A stretch of 43,448 bases of DNA from a virus. Taxonomy: Duplodnaviria > Caudoviricetes. Numbering within the stretch: the stretch's first letter is position 1; the number at the start of each line of letters is the position of its first letter. Both the position numbers and the translations under genes were made by a program. The notes under the pieces were generated by a model that had not been told where the DNA came from, did not search any database, and was given only the letters and a program-made list of their open reading frames with translations. The stretch spans positions 1 through 43,448 of the IMG/VR virus record IMGVR_UViG_3300029171_000016, one strand, 5' to 3'. Below are positions 18,083 to 26,174 of this stretch, in pieces.

Positions 18083-18674
18083 CTTACGAGGAAAAAAAGC
18101 ACTTGTCACAGGAGGTTCGAGCGGCATAGGTTTAGCAATAAAAGAGGCTTTAGAAGCGGAAGGGGTTGATGTTACTAGTTGGAGTAGGAGAGAAGGAGCT
18201 GATCTTAAGAAAGGCTTGTGGAAAATACCTGAGTTCGATTTTGATATAGTAATTCATTGCGCCGGAGGATTCGGGACGGCTGGATTTGAGGAAGATTACT
18301 CGTGCATGAAATTGAATTATCACGTGTTAAGAGAGCTCACCCAAAAGTTCTTAGAGAGGCAGACCAATTGGGGAAGGATTATCGCAATAAGTTCTATTTA
18401 TGGTAAAGAGAAGGGGCCAAATCCTTTGTTTACTGCGGCGAAAACTGCTCAAATTGCTTTCATGAAATCTTTAGCGGGAAGATATGAGGGTGTGACATTC
18501 AATGTTATTTGTCCGGGCCATATCGATGTGGGCAAGCCTTTTCCAGATAACCCGAAAGTTATTGGAAAACCTGAAGATGTTGCTGGGATAGTTACCTTTC
18601 TTTGCTCAGATATAGCAAAACATATAAATGGTGCAGTGATAACAGTGGACGGAGGAGAATCATATAGCTTTTAA
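18072..18674 (+). CDS. Short-chain dehydrogenase/reductase (classical SDR)
   Basis: ALVTGGSSGIG, ISSIYG, FTAAK, NVICPG, NGAVITVDGG. Confidence 0.88.
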   Translation: MELNLRGKKALVTGGSSGIGLAIKEALEAEGVDVTSWSRREGADLKKGLWKIPEFDFDIVIHCAGGFGTAGFEEDYSCMKLNYHVLRELTQKFLERQTNWGRIIAISSIYGKEKGPNPLFTAAKTAQIAFMKSLAGRYEGVTFNVICPGHIDVGKPFPDNPKVIGKPEDVAGIVTFLCSDIAKHINGAVITVDGGESYSF

Positions 18675-18675
18675 A

Positions 18676-19563
18676 ATGGCACAAAATAAAATAGCGGTGT
18701 TAATTAACTACAAAGATCGCCCGAGCGAGCTTTCACATTTGTTGTTAAGTCTCAGGAATCAAACAATTAAAGATTTTGATGTTTACATCTTGGACGACTT
18801 CTCTGGAACACCAATTCAGACTTATCATTTTATGAACTGCATACTAACAAGAATGAGAATAGAGTCATTTAAAGTTTTTTACAAGCGAACAGATTTTCCG
18901 CACGGAGTTAGCAAAGCGCGGCAAGCTATTGTAGAATGGGCAAACCCAGAAAACTACGAGTATTTTCTCCGAGTGGATGACGACGTTATTTTGGAACCAA
19001 ATTACATCGAAGAGTTATTTGAAGTAATCCAAAAAGGATACCACTTGGCCTCCGGAGTAACGATTGCTATGAACTTTCCATCTTTCAAGAGAGAAAGTAA
19101 ATTCTTGAATGGAGTTGGAAACCGCGTGGTCTTAGATGAAGAAGGAAACTATATTTGGAATGGTGATGACTGCGGAATGGAGTACGTAGACAAAGCAATT
19201 TTACCAATTCATCACTTCAGGAGCTGCGCGCTATATCAAACTGAAATCCACAAGGCCGGCGTTAACTATACACCGAACAGGCTGACTAAGCACGGGTTCC
19301 GAGAAGAACAATTATTTAGTTATAAAATTCAGATGGCTGGATTTAAGATGGGATTCAACACCAAGGCAGTCAATTGGCATCAGATGACTCCAAGCGGAGG
19401 AGAAAGATTCGCAGAAAGCAATGAACTAATTAAAATTAATGAAGCGGTGCTCAAAGAGTTCACGAAGGAAAACAAAGAAAAACTACGAGAGATATTTAAA
19501 TCAGATTGGTTTCCAAGCGAAACTGAAAGACTAAAGGAGACAAATTTAGCAAACAAAATATGA
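18676..19563 (+). CDS. Glycosyltransferase, GT2 family
   Basis: LRNQT, ILDDFS, GVSKAR, RVDDD, FREE. Confidence 0.85.
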   Translation: MAQNKIAVLINYKDRPSELSHLLLSLRNQTIKDFDVYILDDFSGTPIQTYHFMNCILTRMRIESFKVFYKRTDFPHGVSKARQAIVEWANPENYEYFLRVDDDVILEPNYIEELFEVIQKGYHLASGVTIAMNFPSFKRESKFLNGVGNRVVLDEEGNYIWNGDDCGMEYVDKAILPIHHFRSCALYQTEIHKAGVNYTPNRLTKHGFREEQLFSYKIQMAGFKMGFNTKAVNWHQMTPSGGERFAESNELIKINEAVLKEFTKENKEKLREIFKSDWFPSETERLKETNLANKI

Positions 19564-20651
19564 AAGGCATAAACGTAATCGGAACAATTTTAGGCGGCAC
19601 AGGGTATGACAGCCACACAAGGGGACTAGTGAACGCACTAATGAAGTTTACAGAAGTAAAGTTAATTACAAATATTCCTGCGGGAATGGAAATCCACTTA
19701 AATGATCGTGAATTAAACGCTGTCAAGAACACAAAAGAGTATGACACTAACTTGATAATAACAAACCCATCCGGCTGGAGAATGCACTCTACCAATAAGG
19801 TAAATATCGTTTACTTCGTGTGGGAAGGCGATAAGATTCCATTAAGTTTTATCGACGAAATATTAAACCCCGAGATTAAATATGTAATAGTTCCAAGTAA
19901 GCATACTTATGACGCCATTATTAACACCGCGAATACTGTCGAAGCAAAAAATCATAAAGTCATAGAATATTTCAGTAATAAATTAAAGATAATTCCCCAC
20001 GGAGTTAATCTAGAGAAATTTTATCCTATGGAAAAACCAAAAGACAAGTTCAGATTCTTTGCGAACAAAGGGTTCAGGAACTTAGAAGACAGAGGAGGCA
20101 TCCAATATTTAATTAAAGCGTTTAGCGAAGAATTCAAAGCAAATGAAAACATTGAATTAGTTATCAAGATCAATCCTTCTTACGGCATCCCAAACATTCA
20201 TGAGATAATGAGCAAACTTGGAAACAAAGAAGGAGCGCAAATAAGATTTATTACAGACTTCATCAAGTACGAAGACTTAGTCAAAATTTACAACCAGTGT
20301 CACGCATTTGTCAGTCCAACACGTGCAGAGGCCTTTAACATTCCGTGCTTGGAAGCATGTGCCTGCGGGCTCCCAGTGATTACAACCAACTTCGGCGGAC
20401 AAACAGATTTCATAGATAATTCTAACGGATGGGTAATTGGAGGAGAGCTTACTGAAGTAAAACATGAGCTGCAATATGAAGGGATAAAATGGTTAACCCC
20501 GGACATCGGTGCTTTAAAAGTTGCGATGAGACAAGCGTTCGAGGATACTCGGTTAACCGAAGAGAAATCTAGTAAGGCTTTAGAAACAGCTAAATTGCTT
20601 ACTTGGGATAATTCCGCGCAAAACTTAATCTTCGCGATTGAGAACAGATAG
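19560..20651 (+). CDS. Glycosyltransferase, GT4 family
   Basis: GTGY, VPS, IIPHGVN, EAFNIPCLEACACGLPVI. Confidence 0.9.
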   Translation: MKGINVIGTILGGTGYDSHTRGLVNALMKFTEVKLITNIPAGMEIHLNDRELNAVKNTKEYDTNLIITNPSGWRMHSTNKVNIVYFVWEGDKIPLSFIDEILNPEIKYVIVPSKHTYDAIINTANTVEAKNHKVIEYFSNKLKIIPHGVNLEKFYPMEKPKDKFRFFANKGFRNLEDRGGIQYLIKAFSEEFKANENIELVIKINPSYGIPNIHEIMSKLGNKEGAQIRFITDFIKYEDLVKIYNQCHAFVSPTRAEAFNIPCLEACACGLPVITTNFGGQTDFIDNSNGWVIGGELTEVKHELQYEGIKWLTPDIGALKVAMRQAFEDTRLTEEKSSKALETAKLLTWDNSAQNLIFAIENR

Positions 20652-20681
20652 ATTTATATACTTATATAACGTATGTAGAAT
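20647..20681 (+). promoter_or_regulatory. Archaeal-type TATA promoter
   Basis: TTTATATA 20653-20660, 29 nt before ATG 20682. Confidence 0.65.
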
Positions 20682-20993
20682 ATGGTTCAACCACATATAA
20701 AACTCAGAGAAGCTTTCGGATTAGGACTCCTCTTGGGCGTTGTCGTAACAGCAATCGTTTGTTATTCTATACTAAAAGCGCCGGAGGATCCTATTACCAT
20801 AAGAGTTTGCGCTCAGAATATATTGCTAGATGCACAGGACGGGCTGCTTGAAGCGCAATATGATATAATCGAATTACAAAATCCCGGAGTCACAAGAAAC
20901 TGGCTGCCTTCAGCCAACCAACAACTTCTCGCAGATTGTGCAGAAAAGTACGACGATGACGATTACATTGATTCCTTGAAGTATCCTAAATAA
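20682..20993 (+). CDS. Membrane-anchored hypothetical protein
   Basis: Single N-terminal TM helix. Confidence 0.65.
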   Translation: MVQPHIKLREAFGLGLLLGVVVTAIVCYSILKAPEDPITIRVCAQNILLDAQDGLLEAQYDIIELQNPGVTRNWLPSANQQLLADCAEKYDDDDYIDSLKYPK

Positions 20994-20995
20994 TA

Positions 20996-21031
20996 GATAT
21001 ATTTATAAACTAGTTGTTACATTAATAAGTT
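20996..21031 (+). promoter_or_regulatory. Archaeal-type TATA promoter (packaging operon)
   Basis: TTTATAAA 21002-21009, 30 nt before ATG 21032. Confidence 0.65.
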
Positions 21032-21226
21032 ATGAGAGGAAGAATACACCCGAAGTTAAGGGTAGTTCAAAAAGCGGTAGGATTCAGAGCATATCAAATT
21101 GATTTTATAAATGAGAATCCTCTGTTTGACTTTAACAAATTAATTCGCGATAAACTCGACGAGCAAATTAAATTACAAAGCCCGGAGTGGTGGGAGAAAG
21201 TTAAAAGTGAAACGGCCATTGAATAA
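21032..21226 (+). CDS. Putative ribbon-helix-helix-like protein
   Basis: Basic strand, then YQIDFINEN and FNKLIRDKLDEQI helices. Confidence 0.45.
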   Translation: MRGRIHPKLRVVQKAVGFRAYQIDFINENPLFDFNKLIRDKLDEQIKLQSPEWWEKVKSETAIE

Positions 21227-21509
21227 AGAGGAGAAATCAATCTGCGAAAAGTCTATCAACAGGTTAACCAAAGAATTACTCGATCTGAGGGAAAACGAAA
21301 AGATGCAGCTCTTGGCAAAAGAATTCTATCTGAAGAAGTGCGAGTATGAAGATGAGATCCGTCCATACAATAGAAAGATCGAGCTCGCAAATCTTAATGG
21401 TAACATCTCACTAATCTCGGAAAAGATAAAAGAAAACGAAGCACGGATAAAAGACTTAAAAATTCAGATTCAAAGTGGAATAGAGGCAAAGGAGGTGAAG
21501 CACGCATGA
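21207..21509 (+). CDS. Coiled-coil hypothetical protein
   Basis: Heptad pattern. Confidence 0.6.
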   Translation: MKRPLNKEEKSICEKSINRLTKELLDLRENEKMQLLAKEFYLKKCEYEDEIRPYNRKIELANLNGNISLISEKIKENEARIKDLKIQIQSGIEAKEVKHA

Positions 21510-21991
21510 ATGAAATAGTGAGAAATCCTACGCCGGGTGAAGTCACAGGGGCAGATCCAATCACTCCAATTGAAACTCCTCAGGGAAGAGTTTTAACAGC
21601 AGAGGATAAATTTAGAAAACTTCTCGCAGAAAAAAGACTTGAAGCTCAGCAAAAAGGACTTCCATTCGCAGCACAAGTCGCTTACGATGAATGGAAAACA
21701 TATTACGAAGAAGAAGTCACAAAGCAGCGGAAGAAGTATGGTTACGTAAAAGAGGAAATCGCCCCATTGAAGATAGACTGGAATAAATATTCAGACTTAA
21801 AGAACTTTGATCTCTTGGAAGAAGGAGAAATCTTAGATGATTACCTTTCGAAGCGTTATACTCAGTTAATCTACGTAAAGAAGAAAGTCTACCAGTTCAA
21901 AGGGTATTACTATAAGTACATAGTAATGGAGGACGGAATCGAAGCGGTGAAGAGACAACTAGGCAATAAGCAGGAGGTAAAGTCCAAGTGA
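21506..21991 (+). CDS. Hypothetical protein
   Basis: GGAGGTG SD, coupled. Confidence 0.7.
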   Translation: MNEIVRNPTPGEVTGADPITPIETPQGRVLTAEDKFRKLLAEKRLEAQQKGLPFAAQVAYDEWKTYYEEEVTKQRKKYGYVKEEIAPLKIDWNKYSDLKNFDLLEEGEILDDYLSKRYTQLIYVKKKVYQFKGYYYKYIVMEDGIEAVKRQLGNKQEVKSK

Positions 21992-22383
21992 AGATAACGG
22001 AAGAAAAATTCAAGAGCGCAGTCAAGGATAGCGGAGGGATTATTACCCTAATCGCACAAAGACTAGGAGTTACAAGAAAAGCGCTGTATGAATATATCGA
22101 AAAGAAAGAATTTCAGTCACTAATAAATGATGAAAAAGAGAGTATTCTAGACTTGGCTGAGAGTAAGTTACTAAACAAACTAAACAAGGACGTAGATTGG
22201 GCAATAAAGTTCATCTTGACAACACGCGGCAAACACAGAGGATATATTGAGAATATCACAAACGAGATTAACTTCCTGAAACAAGAGGTTAACAATGCTC
22301 CTCAGTACAAAATAGAAATAATTAAACCTAATGACAATACACTTGAAGTGGTCCCCGAGCAAGAAGCAGCTGACAGCGTTTAA
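21988..22383 (+). CDS. terS: Terminase small subunit
   Basis: N-terminal HTH (IAQRLGVTRKALY), LDLAESKL...AIKFIL..RG..RGY; directly upstream of TerL. Confidence 0.8.
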   Translation: MKITEEKFKSAVKDSGGIITLIAQRLGVTRKALYEYIEKKEFQSLINDEKESILDLAESKLLNKLNKDVDWAIKFILTTRGKHRGYIENITNEINFLKQEVNNAPQYKIEIIKPNDNTLEVVPEQEAADSV

Positions 22384-23695
22384 TTATTTAGACGACAAAG
22401 AAACAACTGAAATTCTATACGGCGGAGGGGCCGGCGGCGGTAAGTCTCACTTAGGCTGTGTCTGGCTAATATTCTCATGTCTAAGGTATCAAGGCAGCCG
22501 TTGGTTAATGGGCCGAGCGCATCTTAAGACATTGAAGGAATCTACATTATTAACTTTCTTTAGAGCGTGCAAGGACTTCGGCTTAAAGAAAGACCAAGAT
22601 TACAAATACAATTCCATTCTAGGAGTTATTACGTTCGCAAATGAGAGTGAAATCTACCTCAAAGATTTGTTTGCTTACCCTTCAGACCCAGAGTTCGACG
22701 AGTTAGGTTCTACAGAGTACACTGGAGCATTCATAGATGAAGCAAGCCAAGTAACTCAAAAGGCTTACGAAATAGTAATGTCCAGACTGAGGTATAAGTT
22801 AGACGAGTTCGATCTCATTCCTAAACTCTTAACGGCCACAAACCCAACAAAGAACTTTCTCTATCAGGAATTCTACAAGAACTGGAAGGATAATAGACTA
22901 CCTAAGTACCGTAAGTTTGTTCAGGCGCTAGTAGGAGATAACCCCTACATGCCGCATCACTACGCAGAAAACCTATCTAAACTTGACAGAATCAGCAAGG
23001 AGAGACTTCTGTATGGTAACTGGGAGTACGACGATGATCCTACGAGATTATTTGAGTATGAGAAGATTCTTGAGATGTTTGACAAGGAATATTCACCCGG
23101 ACATAAAGACGAAAAGTACATTACGGCAGACATTGCAAGGTATGGAGACGACAAAACCGTTATCTGCGTATGGTATAATATGTACATTGTTAGATTACTT
23201 GTTCTCCAGAAGAAGAGTCTAAAGGAAGTCCGTCAACTAATTGAAGCGATTTGCAAGCAAGAAGGAATAGAACTAGATAACGTAATCGTGGATGAGGACG
23301 GCATAGGTGGAGGAATAGTAGACGAAATGGGTGTGAAGGGCTTTGTTAACAACTCCAGACCATTAGAGAAGCTTAACTCTAACGAGAACACATCTAACTT
23401 TCAAAACCTTAAGTCCCAGTGTTACTTTTACTTAGCGGACGCAATCAATCAAGGAAAGATAGGATGCGGCGAGAAGAATATTGAGATTAAGAAAAGAATC
23501 ATCGAAGATCTTGAGCAAATCAAGCGCCATGATGCGGATAAGGATGGAAAGCTAAAAGTCACCCCAAAGGAGATTATTAAGGAGATGATGGGACGTTCGC
23601 CAGACTTTGCTGACGCGATTATGATGAGAATGTTCTTCTTGTTAAAAGAACCTTATAGGCCAATTATTATGGGTGGCCCAGCCAGAAGATGGTAA
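22331..23695 (+). CDS. terL: Terminase large subunit
   Basis: Walker A GGGAGGGKS, Walker B FIDEA, ATNP, nuclease DIARYGDD and SPDFADA. Confidence 0.96.
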   Translation: MTIHLKWSPSKKQLTAFNYLDDKETTEILYGGGAGGGKSHLGCVWLIFSCLRYQGSRWLMGRAHLKTLKESTLLTFFRACKDFGLKKDQDYKYNSILGVITFANESEIYLKDLFAYPSDPEFDELGSTEYTGAFIDEASQVTQKAYEIVMSRLRYKLDEFDLIPKLLTATNPTKNFLYQEFYKNWKDNRLPKYRKFVQALVGDNPYMPHHYAENLSKLDRISKERLLYGNWEYDDDPTRLFEYEKILEMFDKEYSPGHKDEKYITADIARYGDDKTVICVWYNMYIVRLLVLQKKSLKEVRQLIEAICKQEGIELDNVIVDEDGIGGGIVDEMGVKGFVNNSRPLEKLNSNENTSNFQNLKSQCYFYLADAINQGKIGCGEKNIEIKKRIIEDLEQIKRHDADKDGKLKVTPKEIIKEMMGRSPDFADAIMMRMFFLLKEPYRPIIMGGPARRW

Positions 23696-23704
23696 TAATA
23701 TAAT

Positions 23705-23756
23705 TAGTATATACTATCTAGTTTAACATTTAAAAGCTTTAAAGATATAGATCTAT
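23705..23756 (+). promoter_or_regulatory. Late promoter: GTATATAC 22 bp upstream of TATA
   Basis: TAGTATATACTA 23705-23716; TAACA-TTTAAAAG (23729-23736); GTG start 28 nt on. Confidence 0.7.
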
Positions 23757-25622
23757 GTGAAAGAAAAAGGAGAGGTTGGCGTTAAGGGAATAATTATCGT
23801 AGATAAACGAAACGACCCTAAACAGATAACTGAAAAGCTAAAGGCACAGGTAAATGACGAGTTTGTTAAGTTTCCCAAAGAGCTCGGAGTAGAGCATCCA
23901 TTTAATTTTGAAGACATGGAGAAAGTCTACAAGAAGGTTGGCTTTGCATGGGGTATGGTTAACAAGTACGTCAATGCTATTGTCGGCGAGGCGCAAGTGA
24001 CCACGAACAATGAGAATGCAACAACACTACTCCGTAGTTTCATAAAAGAATCTAATCTAAAGATTCATCTGCGGGAATGGATAATCGAGGCCTTAGCAAA
24101 AGGTAATGGATTTATGGAGATTGATTTCGAAACAAATCAATTAAGAGTTATTAACGCAAACAATATGTATGTTGTGCGGGATGAAGAGGGCGAAGTCATA
24201 GGATACAATCAGTACTTAGGTGCCAAGAAGAATTTTTCAAAGGATAAAATAATCCCATTTACACCAGACCAAATAGCTCACTTGCCAGTAAACAAGATAG
24301 CGGATTCGGCTTACGGATACGGATTACTATACCCTAATGAAAGAGTTATTGAGAATATCGTGAGTATCGAGCAAGACTGGCACAAATTAATCAGCAGGAA
24401 AGCAGGAATGCCAATCCATATTGCAGTAGGCCAACCCGGCGAAGTCGTCAAACCAGCTCTGATAAGTTCTTTATCTTCAGATCTACAATACTTGACTAAC
24501 CGAACAGAGTGGGTTACTGACGGAAATGTAAAGATAAGTGCAATCGACTTCAAAGGTATCGGTGATAACTTACTCAAGATAAAAGATGATGATCTGTTGA
24601 TGTGGTCCTACGGAACATTAATCCCACAGGCGTTACTTGGTAATGGCAATCTTCCAGAAGGTTTGGCTAAAACAAATGAGAATGACTGGAATCGTGTAAT
24701 CGCTTCGCTGCAAGAAGAAATAGAGGAGATAATCGAAGACAAAATATTCAGACCTTATCTGCTTGCGCAGAACCCGAAATGGAACGTTGAGATTGACTTC
24801 TCATGGAATTTGCCAACTGAAGATGAGATAAACGCACGACTCACACAGCTGTTAATGATTGTAAACAGCATGACAGCATCACCAAATCTTAAAAGGTATG
24901 CTGAATTAGAAATCGCCAAGCTACTAGAGTTTGAAAACGCAGATAAAATTCTAAGACAGCCAGAAATGGGTTTGGATGAGGAAAAAGAAAGAGAAGAAAA
25001 ACTGCAGCAACCGGAAGTTCCCGGCGCAAAACCATCCGCAGCCGAGAAGCAAGTAATTGAAAGCTTAGAAGACGAGTCCAATTTGTCAGTAAAAGAATTT
25101 GTAGACTTAAAGGAAATTCAAGGATTTAATTATCAAGACTACTTACTTAAGATTCTGCAAACCTTACAGAAGGATAAGTTCACAGATTTAAGAGCAATAG
25201 ACGAGCAGCAATTAAGGATGGGCTTGCTGAGCGATAGTGAGATAGACAAGTTGAGAGTTATCCTTAAACAAGGATTCCAAGAGAATAAAACAATAAGAGA
25301 AATTGAAGCCCAAATCAGAAAAGAGATTCCGTTGAAAGACCGACTTGACAAAGAGAATAATTTACTTTTAAGCGCTGAAGCCAGACCAAACATGATAGCA
25401 AGATCTGAGACTGTAAGGCTGGCAAATCAAGGTTTAGTAAACTTATACCAGGACAACGGAATTGAGCAAGTCCGCTGGCTAGCAGCAGTTAGCCCAAGAA
25501 CCTGTCCTTTGTGCCTAGATCTAAACGGGCAAGTGTTTAAGATAAAGGAACTCCAAGTCGGTGTCAATCAACCTCCGCTTCATCCGTCTTGTAGGTGTTC
25601 TCTGTTATCGGTGGTAGAATAA
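23757..25622 (+). CDS. Portal protein fused to C-terminal MuF/SPP1-gp7-like head morphogenesis domain
   Basis: Follows TerL; KGNGFME, QIAHL, YGYG portal-like motifs; C-terminal IARSETVR..NQG, RTCPLC..LNG, PPLHPSCRC. Confidence 0.88.
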   Translation: MKEKGEVGVKGIIIVDKRNDPKQITEKLKAQVNDEFVKFPKELGVEHPFNFEDMEKVYKKVGFAWGMVNKYVNAIVGEAQVTTNNENATTLLRSFIKESNLKIHLREWIIEALAKGNGFMEIDFETNQLRVINANNMYVVRDEEGEVIGYNQYLGAKKNFSKDKIIPFTPDQIAHLPVNKIADSAYGYGLLYPNERVIENIVSIEQDWHKLISRKAGMPIHIAVGQPGEVVKPALISSLSSDLQYLTNRTEWVTDGNVKISAIDFKGIGDNLLKIKDDDLLMWSYGTLIPQALLGNGNLPEGLAKTNENDWNRVIASLQEEIEEIIEDKIFRPYLLAQNPKWNVEIDFSWNLPTEDEINARLTQLLMIVNSMTASPNLKRYAELEIAKLLEFENADKILRQPEMGLDEEKEREEKLQQPEVPGAKPSAAEKQVIESLEDESNLSVKEFVDLKEIQGFNYQDYLLKILQTLQKDKFTDLRAIDEQQLRMGLLSDSEIDKLRVILKQGFQENKTIREIEAQIRKEIPLKDRLDKENNLLLSAEARPNMIARSETVRLANQGLVNLYQDNGIEQVRWLAAVSPRTCPLCLDLNGQVFKIKELQVGVNQPPLHPSCRCSLLSVVE

Positions 25623-25783
25623 TGCAAATACTAAACAGACCTTTGTGTCAGGCGCCAGATTGTGAAGAATTCGCGATTGTTGTATTCGGAAAGAGGTGGC
25701 TGTGTGGAAAATGTGCTCTAAAGGCAAAGCAGAAGCTCGCAGAAAAAATGGATGAGTTAATATTTGAAGAAGATGGAAGTTGA
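25622..25783 (+). CDS. Small Zn-finger protein
   Basis: CQAPDC...LCGKC; TAATG coupling. Confidence 0.6.
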   Translation: MQILNRPLCQAPDCEEFAIVVFGKRWLCGKCALKAKQKLAEKMDELIFEEDGS

Positions 25784-26174
25784 AGAGAAAGTTAAAGTTG
25801 AAATAGAAGTTGATGACGAGGGCAGTAAGACTCAGATGAGCTATCCGGGTGATATTGTTATCGAACTGAATACGATGGCTAACGGCATTGTGCAGTTTGA
25901 GACTGAAAAGTTAACTGGCTGCTTCGAAGCGTTGATTTTAACTTCAGATAAACCTGTTAAGGTGACGATAGAAAGTGAGCTTGGTTATCCTATTTATGAT
26001 GTTCAAGAGTACATCGGCACAACGTACATCTGCATCAGAACACAGGATTGGAATGAGGAAGGTCACCAGATTGGCTTTTCAGTCAGTCCGTTTAAATTAA
26101 ATGAAAAGTTGTTATTGACAGTAAGCGGACAAAATAATACAAACGTTAAATTCATTTTCAGAATGGAGGATTAA
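25773..26174 (+). CDS. Hypothetical beta-rich protein (possible virion component)
   Basis: Position in head module. Confidence 0.6.
   Translation: MEVEEKVKVEIEVDDEGSKTQMSYPGDIVIELNTMANGIVQFETEKLTGCFEALILTSDKPVKVTIESELGYPIYDVQEYIGTTYICIRTQDWNEEGHQIGFSVSPFKLNEKLLLTVSGQNNTNVKFIFRMED

Noticed and set aside
7329-20651. DNA hypermodification (glycosylated base) system
   Set aside because: No TET/JBP dioxygenase, dNMP hydroxymethylase, kinase or viral DNA polymerase is seen to supply a modifiable base; disfavoured but not formally excluded
7329-20651. Host O-antigen/S-layer glycan locus misassembled onto a virus
   Set aside because: It shares the viral GTATATAC promoters and strand, has typical viral small ORFs interspersed, and lacks flippase/aglB
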